A stretch of 64,000 nucleotides of DNA from a virus (IMGVR_UViG_3300025519_000052:20362-84361); one strand, 5' to 3'. Shown: positions 48,519 to 58,624, numbered from the stretch's first letter. The notes: generated by a model not told the origin, from the sequence alone. Translations and numbers: made by a program.

Positions 48519-50435
48519 ATGACAACTACTAATAACGATAAAATTAGGGTACTTGATGATAGAGAGAAATCAAGAGAAAAAATTTCTATCTTTTTTGGTT
48601 CAAAAGATAATTTTGTTCATGGTCTAAAAGAAGTAATAGCAAATAGTACTGATGAAATTATTTCAAATTTTGACAGTGGAGAAGTAACAGTCCACTTACA
48701 TGATGATTTGCAAACAATTACTGTAAAAGACACTGGCCGTGGTATTCCGATTCATGGCGAAACTGATGGAATTAAAAATTACGAATTATTATTTAGAACT
48801 TTATTTGCTGGAACCAAATACGATACAACAGAAGCGACTACAACTGGAACAAATGGTGTAGGAAATACAGTTTTGAATTACACATCTTCACTTTTTTATG
48901 TTGAATCATATTATGATGGATATAAATATTCTTTAAAGTTTGAAAATGGTGGAGAACTGGTTCAAGATTTAAAAAAAGAAAAATGTGATAAATCACTTCA
49001 TGGAACTACTATTACTTTTAGATTGGATCCTGAAGTTTATCCTGTTATTACTTATAATGCTGAAGAAGTTAAGGAAATTGTTAAACGGTTTGCTGTTGGA
49101 TCGCCAAAAGTAAAATTAATTTTTATTTATAATGGAAAAGAAGAAACATTTCACTATGAAACAATTGAAGATTATTATAATGAGTTAATTGGCAACTCTT
49201 CAACTTCTCCAGTTGTAACAGCACCGGAAGCAACTTATAATGATGAAAATGAAATTACAAAAATTAAATTAGTACTTTCAACAACTCCTGAAACAATCCA
49301 AGAATCATATTTGAATCTTACTTATTTATCAGAAGGCGGAGCTTTCAATGATGGAGTAATTGCTGGTATTCGATTATTCGCAAATAAGTACTGTAGGAAT
49401 AATAAACTATTTCCTAAAGGTGTAAAATCATTTACAAGTGATGATATTGAATCAAGCGTTAGTTTTGTTCTGGTCGCACTTTCAAATAAGGTTGAATTTA
49501 AAAACCAAACTAAGCTATCAACAGATAAAAAGCTTTATAAAAAACTGGCTCAAAAGCATGTTACTCAATTATTAGAAGCATTTGAAATTGAGAATGAAAA
49601 AGGGTTTAAGAAATTTATTAATCACTTATTAGAAGTTCAAAAACATAATGCAGCTAATCAAAGAGCTAAACAACAATTAAAAAAGAAATTAACTGAAAAA
49701 ACTAATGGAATCGGAAATAAAGTTGAAAAATTGGTTGATTGTAAGAAACATGGTCCAAAATCTGAAATTTTCATTGCTGAAGGAAATTCTGCTCTCGGAT
49801 CAATCGTTTTAGCCAGAGATGCAACATATCAAGCAGCCTATCCTTTGCGAGGGAAGATTTTAAATTGCTTAAAGGCTGATTATCCAACTATTTTTCGTAA
49901 TCAGGTTATCACTGACTTAATTAAGGTTTTAGGTTGTGGTATTTCAGCTGATAAAAAGAATAAGGATTTAGATACATTTGATATTAACAATCTTCGATTT
50001 GGAAAAATAATAATTGCAACTGATGCAGATGCTGACGGTGCTCAAATTGCATGCTTAATTATAACTATGTTTTATCGCCTAATGCCAGAACTACTTAAAC
50101 AAGGATTTGTCTATATTGCCAAAACTCCATTATATGAGGTTAAACTTGAAGACGATACAATGATTTATTATTTTTCTGAAAGTGAAAAAGATGAAAAACT
50201 TCCAAAGCTAAAAGGAAAATACACAATTGCACGTTGTAAAGGATTGGGCGAACTTGACGCCGAAACAATGGCAAAAACAGCCATGAATCCAGAAACACGT
50301 AATCTAATCCAGGTTACAGTTGAAAGTGCTAAAAAAATGGCAGAATCATTGGAAGTTTGGATGGGAAATTTTGTTGATGGAAGAAAAACATTCATTGAAA
50401 ACAATTTAGCAAAATATGTTGAAGCAGCCATTTAA
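48519..50435 (+). CDS. Type II topoisomerase subunit B (GyrB/ParE-like)
   Basis: EVIANSTDE, DTGRGIP, GTNGVG, AEGNSA, PLRGKILN, TDADADG, KGLGE. Confidence 0.95.
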   Translation: MTTTNNDKIRVLDDREKSREKISIFFGSKDNFVHGLKEVIANSTDEIISNFDSGEVTVHLHDDLQTITVKDTGRGIPIHGETDGIKNYELLFRTLFAGTKYDTTEATTTGTNGVGNTVLNYTSSLFYVESYYDGYKYSLKFENGGELVQDLKKEKCDKSLHGTTITFRLDPEVYPVITYNAEEVKEIVKRFAVGSPKVKLIFIYNGKEETFHYETIEDYYNELIGNSSTSPVVTAPEATYNDENEITKIKLVLSTTPETIQESYLNLTYLSEGGAFNDGVIAGIRLFANKYCRNNKLFPKGVKSFTSDDIESSVSFVLVALSNKVEFKNQTKLSTDKKLYKKLAQKHVTQLLEAFEIENEKGFKKFINHLLEVQKHNAANQRAKQQLKKKLTEKTNGIGNKVEKLVDCKKHGPKSEIFIAEGNSALGSIVLARDATYQAAYPLRGKILNCLKADYPTIFRNQVITDLIKVLGCGISADKKNKDLDTFDINNLRFGKIIIATDADADGAQIACLIITMFYRLMPELLKQGFVYIAKTPLYEVKLEDDTMIYYFSESEKDEKLPKLKGKYTIARCKGLGELDAETMAKTAMNPETRNLIQVTVESAKKMAESLEVWMGNFVDGRKTFIENNLAKYVEAAI

Positions 50436-50630
50436 GGCTTGCTTCTTTTTTTGTTTTTATTAAATTATCAGAATACTTTTACTGGAAAAAAATTGGGAAA
50501 AAAATCCAATTGGGGGTTCGCAAAATCCCAATTCCACTATATAATAATAAATGTAAGCGATATTAAATAAAAAATTAAACAAAAATATAAATCAACTACT
50601 CAACTACTACTAAATCGGAGGTAATTCGGA

Positions 50631-51302
50631 ATGGCAACAAATTTGACTGCTTCTCAAGCAAAGAAATGGGAGAACTTGTTTTTAGATTTTGCTAAAGCTT
50701 TTTGTAAAGAGAATTATGGAGTTGAATTTAATATTCCTTTAAGATTGAACGGAAGGATGAAAAAAGCACTTGGATGGTTTAGACACTATAGTGGCTGGGG
50801 CCATCCTGAAGACATAGAAATTGCTAAAGACTTAATTAAAAATTTCAATGAAGAAATAATTATTAAAGTCTTAAAACATGAATTGATTCATTATTGCTTA
50901 TATACATTAAAGCTAGATTATAGAGATGGTCAATTTCGATTTGAGAATGAATTAATTAAGCATGATAGTATTTCATCTGGTTCTATTGAAATAGAAAAAG
51001 GGAGAGTAATTAAAAACTCTTTTGAACCTTCTCAAGCATTCATTGACCTTGTGAAAAAAACTAAAGCTAAAAAAGAAACTCCAAAAGCCATTAAACAAGT
51101 AATTAATGCAAATAAACAAATCATTGTAAATGTTAATGGGGAAGAATATTATTTTGAATCTCAAACACAAGCAGCTAAATGGTTTGCTGATAAATTTGCT
51201 ACCACATTGAATTCAGCTAAATGGTATATAAATAAAATGTTAAAAGGTCTGTATAGTGCAAAACGGGGAAAATTAGTTGGAGTTAGGGTGTATGCAAAAT
51301 AA
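50631..51302 (+). CDS. SprT-like zinc metalloprotease with probable C-terminal DNA-binding domain
   Basis: NGRMKKALGWF, LKHELIH; C-terminal YFESQTQAAKW. Confidence 0.8.
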   Translation: MATNLTASQAKKWENLFLDFAKAFCKENYGVEFNIPLRLNGRMKKALGWFRHYSGWGHPEDIEIAKDLIKNFNEEIIIKVLKHELIHYCLYTLKLDYRDGQFRFENELIKHDSISSGSIEIEKGRVIKNSFEPSQAFIDLVKKTKAKKETPKAIKQVINANKQIIVNVNGEEYYFESQTQAAKWFADKFATTLNSAKWYINKMLKGLYSAKRGKLVGVRVYAK

Positions 51303-51393
51303 GAGATAAGGCCAAAGTGGTCTTATCTTAATTTACATTTTTAAATATCATGATATAAATAAAAAGAGACTTAATTTTAGGAGGTAATTCAAC

Positions 51394-53391
51394 TTGACTT
51401 CTATAGTAAATAAAAATATTGAAAACATTATTCAAAACAATATGATGGAATTTTCAGCCTATGTTCTCCTTGATAGAGCATTGCCGGATCTTCGCGATGG
51501 AATGAAGCCAGTTCACCGAAGAATATTATATTCTATGTTTTTGATGAAAGCTTTTAAATTTGTTAAAAGTGCCAACGTTGTTGGAAGTGTGATGAAATTA
51601 CATCCGCATGGTTCAAGCTATTCTACAATGGTTGGAATGGTTCAAAAGGATAATCAATTGATTCCACTATTAGAAGGTAAGGGCAATTTTGCTAATCATA
51701 CTTCCCGGGATTTAGAGCCAGCTGCTGATCGCTATAGTGAAGTTAAGCTTTCCGATATATCAATAGATATGATGAAAGATTTTGATAAAAACCTTGTTGA
51801 ATTTATTAGTAATTATGATGGTACTATGAAAATGCCTTCTGTACTTCCAGTCAAATTTCCATCAATTCTAGCTTACGTAAATTCAGGCATTGGTGTTGGA
51901 TTTTCATCATCGATTCCATCCTTTAATTTAAACGAATTGTGTAATGCTATTATTAAATATATCAAGACAAATAAAAAAACAATTTTGGTTCCTGATTTTG
52001 CAACTGGCGGATTAATTATAAAAAATGAAAAATCATTTAAAGATATAAATGAAACTGGCCTCGGTTCTATCCAAATTCGTGGTAAAGCTGAAATTGATGG
52101 AAATGAAATTTTAATTCATGAAATACCTTATTCAACAACTCGCGAAGCTATTATTGAAAAAATTATTGAATTAAACAAGGCCGGAAAATTAAAAGAAGTA
52201 ACTGATGTTAAAGATTTAACTGGATTAAAAGGTTTGTTAATTGCAGTAACAGCTCGTCGCGGTACTGATATGGACCTTCTTCTTGAAAAGCTTTATAAAT
52301 TTACTCCGTTGCAATCTTCGTTTTCAGTCAATATGAATATGCTAGTTGATGACCTTCTAAAAGTCATGGGCGTTTGGCAGACCATTGATAAATGGCTTAT
52401 TTGGAGAACTGAATGCATTAAACGAGGATTGAATTATGACATCAAGAAAATGTCTGAGAAACTTCATATACTAAAAGGCTTAGAAAAAGTTTTGCTTGAT
52501 ATTGACGCTGCTATTGATATTATTCGTAATTCTCCAGAAGAAATGATTGAGTTTAATTTACAAACTCGGTTTGATATTGATCTTGAACAAGCCAAAGAAG
52601 TGGCTAATATGAAGCTAAGAAATATTAATCAAGATTATATCATCAAAAAAATTAAAGACATTAAAAAATTGGAAGAAACAATTGAAGAATACAAATCAAT
52701 TATTAATGACCACTCAAAATTGAATAATATCATTATTAAAGATTTGAAAGAAATTAAGAAAAAATACGGTCAAGATAGAAGAAGTCAAATCATTGAGCTT
52801 ACAAATGTTAAACCGATTAAATTAGTTGAGGAAGTTCCAGATTATCCGGTAACAATTTTCTTAACTAAAGAAGGATATTGCTTTAAATTTAAAGGAAATC
52901 AAAAGCCAGTATTAAAGCCAGGAGATTCAGTAATAAAAACATTTGAAACAAATAATAAAGGCCAAATTCTTGCATTTTGTTCAGATGCTGTTTGTTATAA
53001 AATAGCATTGAATGATATTGAAGAAACAAGAGCTAATAATTTGGGCACTTATCTGCCAAATTTAACTAAAGATAAAAATATCAATATCATTAATTATTCT
53101 GTTCTTGATGATAAGCACAAATTTATTATTTATCTCTATACCAATAACCGAATTGCCAAAATTAAACTTGAAGCATTTGATGGAACAAAATCTGTATTGC
53201 GAAATTCATTTTGTTCAAAACAAGAATTATTTGACTTAATTACTCTTGAAGATGATATAACATTAAACGTTACAACTGACAAAAAGAAAATTAAAGTTAA
53301 TACTAAAGATTATGGATTTGTTGGCCAAAGAAATGCAACAGGTCAATATATGTCAAGTGCTAGAAAATTGAAAAAAGTTGAAGTAATCTAA
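51394..53391 (+). CDS. Type II topoisomerase subunit A (GyrA/ParC-like)
   Basis: RALPDLRDGMKPVHRRILY, KSANVVG, HPHG, AADRY, GIGVGF. Confidence 0.95.
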   Translation: MTSIVNKNIENIIQNNMMEFSAYVLLDRALPDLRDGMKPVHRRILYSMFLMKAFKFVKSANVVGSVMKLHPHGSSYSTMVGMVQKDNQLIPLLEGKGNFANHTSRDLEPAADRYSEVKLSDISIDMMKDFDKNLVEFISNYDGTMKMPSVLPVKFPSILAYVNSGIGVGFSSSIPSFNLNELCNAIIKYIKTNKKTILVPDFATGGLIIKNEKSFKDINETGLGSIQIRGKAEIDGNEILIHEIPYSTTREAIIEKIIELNKAGKLKEVTDVKDLTGLKGLLIAVTARRGTDMDLLLEKLYKFTPLQSSFSVNMNMLVDDLLKVMGVWQTIDKWLIWRTECIKRGLNYDIKKMSEKLHILKGLEKVLLDIDAAIDIIRNSPEEMIEFNLQTRFDIDLEQAKEVANMKLRNINQDYIIKKIKDIKKLEETIEEYKSIINDHSKLNNIIIKDLKEIKKKYGQDRRSQIIELTNVKPIKLVEEVPDYPVTIFLTKEGYCFKFKGNQKPVLKPGDSVIKTFETNNKGQILAFCSDAVCYKIALNDIEETRANNLGTYLPNLTKDKNINIINYSVLDDKHKFIIYLYTNNRIAKIKLEAFDGTKSVLRNSFCSKQELFDLITLEDDITLNVTTDKKKIKVNTKDYGFVGQRNATGQYMSSARKLKKVEVI

Positions 53392-53431
53392 ACTACTTCA
53401 ACTTTTATTAAACATAAAGGAGATAAAGTCT

Positions 53432-53908
53432 ATGACAATATCAATTATTGCAGCAATGGATAAGAATAGAGTAATCGGAAAAAATAATTCCATACCATGG
53501 TATTTACCAGATGATTTAAAATTTTTTAAGAAAATGACATTAAATTCACCAGTTGTTATGGGCAGAAAATGCTTTGAATCAATTGGAAAACCTCTGACTA
53601 ATAGAAAAAATATTGTTTTATCCAAAAATTCATTTAAACATAAAAATATTGAATCATATTCTAGCATTGAAGAAGTCATTGAAAAATATGAAGATTTTTA
53701 TGTTATTGGTGGAAGTCAAATATATAGTGCTTTTCTTCCATATGCTGATAAGCTTATTATCACAAAGATTGAATATGAATTTGAAGGAAATATATTTTTC
53801 CCTGAAATAAATTGGAATGAATGGACTTTAGAAAGCAGTGTTGAAGGAAAAATTAATGAAAAAAATAAATATAAGCATTCTTTTAATATATATAGAAGAA
53901 AACGATAA
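53432..53908 (+). CDS. Dihydrofolate reductase
   Basis: IIAAMDKNRVIG...IPWYLPDDL, MGRK, RKNIVLS, IGGSQIY. Confidence 0.95.
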   Translation: MTISIIAAMDKNRVIGKNNSIPWYLPDDLKFFKKMTLNSPVVMGRKCFESIGKPLTNRKNIVLSKNSFKHKNIESYSSIEEVIEKYEDFYVIGGSQIYSAFLPYADKLIITKIEYEFEGNIFFPEINWNEWTLESSVEGKINEKNKYKHSFNIYRRKR

Positions 53909-54102
53909 GAGGATAAATTCCTCTTATTTTTTATTTATATGCAATTATCAGAAAACTTAAACTTTATCCAAACTGGATTTTTTTTCAAAAAAAAGGGTTC
54001 GCGAATGGCCAAAAAAGGCCTATAATTAATAATGTAATTGAGATTAAATAAAAAAATACATAAGAAGTTAAATAAAAAATCAACTACTATGGAGGTATTA
54101 AA

Positions 54103-55089
54103 ATGGCAAGTAGAAAATATGCTGTTGGAACAAGACACATAACTGCTAAAGGCATTATTGAGATTACTAGAAATGAAAATGGAATGGTTACTTACTTCTA
54201 TGTAAACAATCCTTCCCACGTTGTTACAAATAAGCTTGTAAATTTAATGAGTAACATTAATAAATTTAAACATCGTCAACTTGCTAAAGGCATTAATGTC
54301 ACTCAATTATTTCAAAATACAAATTGTTTAAGGAAATTAAAATTTGGTATTGAATTAGAAGTTGCAACAACAACTGTAACACGTGCAAAAGCAGCCCGTG
54401 TTCTTAATGAACATGGAATCAATGCAATTACAAGTCGATATGGTTCACCTGTTTCAAGATCCTGGAAAATCCAACCCGATGGAAGTATTAATGGATTTGA
54501 AGTTGTAAGTCCAATCTTAACAGATTTTGAAGAACTTAAAAAAGTTGTTTATATTCTTAAAAATGAATTGCATGTACGTACTTCAGTAAAATGTGGGCTA
54601 CACGTCCACCATGATATAAAAGACTTGTTTTTAGGTCAAATCAAAATCTTATATCAACTTTATTCAAAATATGAAAGCAATGCAATTGCTTCAATAATCG
54701 ACCCTCGTCGCAAACATAATAGATATTGTCTTCGAATTGCACCAGTTGTTCACAATGTATTAAATGCAAATTCAATTCAAGAATTCAAACAATGTATCAA
54801 TTCAAGATATTATGCAATAAACAATAGATGCTATGTAAAATATGGCACAATTGAATTTCGTGGACATGGTACTTCATTAAATATTGATACAATCATTTCT
54901 TGGATTAAATTAACTCACAAAATGGTTGAAGCTTCAACAGTGCTTACAGAAGTTGGTCCATTGCAAGCAACTAATGATAAAGAAGCACTTGAAGAACTCT
55001 ATAGAGAAATTGGACTTACAGATATAGATGTCATCACGAAACAAAAACGATTGCAAAAATATTGGAGCCAAAGACAGTACCTTGCTTAA
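54103..55089 (+). CDS. Putative amidoligase (COOH-NH2 ligase) with extra N-terminal domain
   Basis: FGIELE, PDGS, FEVVSP, CGLHVH, RYYAIN, TIEFR. Confidence 0.88.
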   Translation: MASRKYAVGTRHITAKGIIEITRNENGMVTYFYVNNPSHVVTNKLVNLMSNINKFKHRQLAKGINVTQLFQNTNCLRKLKFGIELEVATTTVTRAKAARVLNEHGINAITSRYGSPVSRSWKIQPDGSINGFEVVSPILTDFEELKKVVYILKNELHVRTSVKCGLHVHHDIKDLFLGQIKILYQLYSKYESNAIASIIDPRRKHNRYCLRIAPVVHNVLNANSIQEFKQCINSRYYAINNRCYVKYGTIEFRGHGTSLNIDTIISWIKLTHKMVEASTVLTEVGPLQATNDKEALEELYREIGLTDIDVITKQKRLQKYWSQRQYLA

Positions 55090-55131
55090 TGCAAGGTCTG
55101 TCATTATATAAAAAATTGGAGGGACATAAAA

Positions 55132-55551
55132 ATGAATAAATTTTTTGTGTACGGAACTCTTATGACAGATTGCTCTAATCATAAAATAATACCCCAGGAT
55201 TCTATTGAAAATATTGAGCGAGCAACAATTGACAATGTTGAACTTTATTCATATATTAGTGGTAAATTCCCTTGCTTAATTGAAGGAAAATCAAAAGTGT
55301 TTGGTGAACTAATCACAATAAAAAAGAGTCATTTAAGCAATGCTAAAAAATTAATGGATAGACTTGAAGGTTACAATGAAAAAGCACCTGAAAGTTATAA
55401 TCTTTATAATCGCAAAATCAAAGAAGTAAAATTGGAAGATGACTCTATTGTTAACGCTTATGTATATATGTTTAATCCCGAACGTAACGGCTTAGGAAGT
55501 CTAATAACTGAGGGGGATTGGAAAATATGGACACGAAGGATAAACAAATAA
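55132..55551 (+). CDS. Gamma-glutamylcyclotransferase (AIG2-like)
   Basis: FFVYGTLM, FPCL, GEL, DRLEG, AYVY. Confidence 0.9.
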   Translation: MNKFFVYGTLMTDCSNHKIIPQDSIENIERATIDNVELYSYISGKFPCLIEGKSKVFGELITIKKSHLSNAKKLMDRLEGYNEKAPESYNLYNRKIKEVKLEDDSIVNAYVYMFNPERNGLGSLITEGDWKIWTRRINK

Positions 55552-55727
55552 TTGCAAAGAATATATTAATGAAAATTAAAAATGAAAATATGTTTACTGA
55601 ATGTCAAACTTTTGAAGAATTTATTGATGGATTGTGCGCCAGATTTGCCAGAATATATGGAGAATTCTTGCCAAGAAATGATTATGTCTATATTGTCAAA
55701 AGACTTAAAGAAACAGAAATATTGTGA
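55518..55727 (+). CDS. Hypothetical protein
   Basis: Small ORF overlapping the GGCT stop; GAGGGG RBS. Confidence 0.55.
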   Translation: MENMDTKDKQIIAKNILMKIKNENMFTECQTFEEFIDGLCARFARIYGEFLPRNDYVYIVKRLKETEIL

Positions 55728-55890
55728 GAAGGTTAAACACCTTCTTTTTTTTATTTGCCCAAAATTATCAGAATACTAAAAGTAAACTTTTTTCCATAAA
55801 ATGGGAATTTAAGGGCTCGCAAAACAGTGGCGGCGCTATATAATAATAAATGTAAGGTAATTAAAAAACTACTTGAAAGGATGATTTTAA

Positions 55891-56367
55891 ATGACTAAAA
55901 GATTTGCAGTAGGAACTATTCATGAAACACCTAAAGGAATGATTCAAATCGCTGGCCTTGAAAATGGAATCGTTAAATACTTCTATTTAGACCGACCAAA
56001 TGAAATTATTTCGAACAAGCTGGTAAATTTAAGAAGCAACATTGATAAATATAAAGAACGTCAAATTATAAAAGCTATTAAAGAAAACGGAGCTAAAGAG
56101 GTTATCGAATCTCTTAAAAATGAAAACATTAAGCTTAAAGCTGAAATTAAAAAATTAAAAACACAACTTGCTGAATTGCAATCTCAATCCCAGCAACCAG
56201 CTCAAGCTGATGAAGCTATGTATGAAGTTAAAGATTTCGATGGAAATACTGTTGGAATTTTTCCGAGTGTTGCTCAAGCAACTAGAGCAATTGCTCAAGA
56301 AGCCGAAACAATTGGTTGCAATCCTTCGGACCTTAGCAAAGCATTTCGCATCGAAAAAGCTCATTAA
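55891..56367 (+). CDS. Hypothetical protein sharing its N-terminal domain with the amidoligase
   Basis: RFAVGTIHETPKGMIQI...ISNKLVNL versus KYAVGTRHITAKGIIEI...VTNKLVNL. Confidence 0.75.
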   Translation: MTKRFAVGTIHETPKGMIQIAGLENGIVKYFYLDRPNEIISNKLVNLRSNIDKYKERQIIKAIKENGAKEVIESLKNENIKLKAEIKKLKTQLAELQSQSQQPAQADEAMYEVKDFDGNTVGIFPSVAQATRAIAQEAETIGCNPSDLSKAFRIEKAH

Positions 56368-56857
56368 AGGGTGAATAAAAATCACCCTTTAATGGGTGAT
56401 TTTATTCCATATATTAGAAAAAAAGCGTGTACTTTTATTAAATACCACGATATAATTATTTATGTAAAGCAGTTAAGCTCAATTATAAAGGGGGTGAGAA
56501 TAATAAAAAAATAAATCTTATTATGTGTGAACTTATTGAAGATTTTTTCTTTGATGAATCAACACTTGCAAAAATGAAAAGGGGTGATGAAAAACAGCCT
56601 ATAAAGCTAATATTTTATTCTATGAGAGTATTTCAATGAAGTTTAAAATTGATAAAGCAAAAGAAAAACGGGAAAGAAAAAATTTTAATAATATCTTAAA
56701 ATTTAAAAAGATGAGAAATGAAACTCGAAAAAAATAAAAGCCTATGATTATAGGCATGATAAAAGGTCATAGGCTTCAATTAAAGGCAAATTAAAGGTGG
56801 TTGCTGGAATAATTGCCTTTACATAAAACTTATCTACTATAAGGAGATTATAGCACA

Positions 56858-57073
56858 ATGGAATATCTTAGTCAATTATCTAAAAGAAAAAATTTATCAA
56901 TTCACCAAAAATTTGAGATAGTGATTTTGCTACTTATAGAATTTCCACACTTTGTTTTTAAAAAAATCAATAATTATTTTGGAATCGAATCCATTAGTGA
57001 CAAAATTTGGTTCTATGGATTTTATTCATTCTGTGGTTTAGCAACATTATTTTGCTGGTTGATAGCTCATTAA
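56858..57073 (+). CDS. Small membrane protein
   Basis: AAGGAG RBS; hydrophobic C-terminus. Confidence 0.5.
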   Translation: MEYLSQLSKRKNLSIHQKFEIVILLLIEFPHFVFKKINNYFGIESISDKIWFYGFYSFCGLATLFCWLIAH

Positions 57074-57149
57074 AAATAAATAATGACCAATGATGACTAT
57101 ATCATTAAATCATTTATCATATAAAATTAAAATTCGGAGGTATATTATA

Positions 57150-58010
57150 ATGACTGTATTTTTTGGGATTGTTTGGTTTATATGTGGCATTGTATATCTT
57201 GTGAAGTCTATTATTTCAGCATATAAAAAAGATGGAAAAGGGAAGAAAAATCTGAAAACTGCTATTGGACTTTTTGTTTTGTTTATTATGGCGGCTGTTG
57301 TTTATCAAGATGACAAAGAAGAAGCAAAACAGGCTTCTTCTGATAAACCTGCTATAAGTCAAGAACAACATAAGACTGAGAAAAAAGAAGTTAAAGAAGT
57401 TAAAAAACCAGCCAAAAAGCAGCTTTCAACAACTGCTGAAGCTATGTCTAAAATTAAAGTTGGAATGACTGTAGAAGACTTTCAAGATGTGTTATCAAAA
57501 GATATAAATATCAAACCTGACTTTATTCCTAATGATCTTCGACTTAAAGGACAATTTTATAAAACGAGAGATGGATATATTTTTGTAAGTTATGATGGGA
57601 AAAATGTTACAGAAGTAAAACCTTTCAAAACTTTAGATGAAGGCAAAGAATATACTGACAGTAAATCGGCCGAACTTAATGCTAAAGAGCAAGCTAAAAA
57701 AGAAGCTTCTAAACCAAAATTAACTTTGTCTCAAGAAAATGCAATTGCAAAAGCAAAAGCTTATCTTGACTATACAGCATTTTCTCGGAAAGGTCTTATT
57801 GACCAATTAAAGTTTGATAATTTTAGCACCGAAGATGCAACATATGCAGTTGATCATATTAAAGTTGATTGGAACGAGCAAGCATTAAAAAAAGGTAAAG
57901 CTTACATGAATTATACTTCATTTTCAAGAAATGGACTGATTGAACAACTTGAATTTGATGGATTTACCTCAGAACAAGCAACATATGCCGTAAATAAAAT
58001 TGGATTATAA
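57150..58010 (+). CDS. Ltp-family surface protein (superinfection exclusion candidate)
   Basis: N-terminal TM segments; two C-terminal repeats (AKAYLDYTAFSRKGLIDQL...FSTEDATYAV and GKAYMNYTSFSRNGLIEQL...FTSEQATYAV). Confidence 0.85.
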   Translation: MTVFFGIVWFICGIVYLVKSIISAYKKDGKGKKNLKTAIGLFVLFIMAAVVYQDDKEEAKQASSDKPAISQEQHKTEKKEVKEVKKPAKKQLSTTAEAMSKIKVGMTVEDFQDVLSKDINIKPDFIPNDLRLKGQFYKTRDGYIFVSYDGKNVTEVKPFKTLDEGKEYTDSKSAELNAKEQAKKEASKPKLTLSQENAIAKAKAYLDYTAFSRKGLIDQLKFDNFSTEDATYAVDHIKVDWNEQALKKGKAYMNYTSFSRNGLIEQLEFDGFTSEQATYAVNKIGL

Positions 58011-58033
58011 TTAAATGAAGGGACGATCAAAAA

Positions 58034-58411
58034 ATGAGAAAAATTAAGTTTCGTGGAAAAAGAGTTGAAAATAATGAATGGATATTCGGATATTATGTTA
58101 CAACATATGATAGTAATAGAATAATTTATGAAGACTATGAAGGATTTTATTGTGAAGAAGAAGTTATTCCAGAATCAGTTGGACAATATACAGGACTAAA
58201 GGATAAGAACAATCGGGAGATTTATGAAGGGGATATTATTAAAGTAACATGGCGTTATGATTCTGATATTGGCACAGTTAAATATATTAGAAACGGATTT
58301 TTTGTGAGTAACATGAAACGAAATACATTTATTCCTTTAGGCAATTTTTCAGCAACTTATGAAATAATCAGTAATATTTATGAAAATCCAGAGTTATTGG
58401 AGAAAAAATAA
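58034..58411 (+). CDS. YopX-family protein
   Basis: MRKIKFRG, VGQYTGLKDKNNREIYEGDI, NIYENPELL. Confidence 0.92.
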   Translation: MRKIKFRGKRVENNEWIFGYYVTTYDSNRIIYEDYEGFYCEEEVIPESVGQYTGLKDKNNREIYEGDIIKVTWRYDSDIGTVKYIRNGFFVSNMKRNTFIPLGNFSATYEIISNIYENPELLEKK

Positions 58412-58561
58412 ATATTTAAAAAGATTGATTTGATGAAAAATGTGAAAAGTAAGGAAATTAGGTGACTGATTAAAGTCACAACACCGAGGATTGGATATGG
58501 AAATTGACAGACTAGAAGCCATTAAGCAATGTGAATAAAACCATAAAAAATTTTTAAAAAA

Positions 58562-58594
58562 TGTATTTACATGTAAATACAAACATGGTATAAT
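58562..58594 (+). promoter_or_regulatory. sigmaA promoter with a 20-bp palindromic operator over the -35
   Basis: TGTATTTACATGTAAATACA; TTTACA-N17-TATAAT; the 16-bp core is repeated at 58998-59013. Confidence 0.75.
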
Positions 58595-58624
58595 AAAAAT
58601 GTAAGGAAAAAAGAAATAAAAAAT

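Larger units (their letters stand above)
5337..51360 (+). promoter_or_regulatory. Dispersed phage-specific promoter family YTTACR-N14-GATATAA (about 26 copies)
   Basis: Counted by eye at 5337, 5398, 6192, 8568, 9733, 10441, 11345, 14369, 14448, 16860, 19229, 19978, 25333, 26905, 28028, 30188, 31326, 33854, 35279, 36024, 40235, 40371, 43759, 46018, 48444 (N15) and 51332. A few have one mismatch; all are on the + strand and nearly all lie upstream of genes. Confidence 0.88.
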
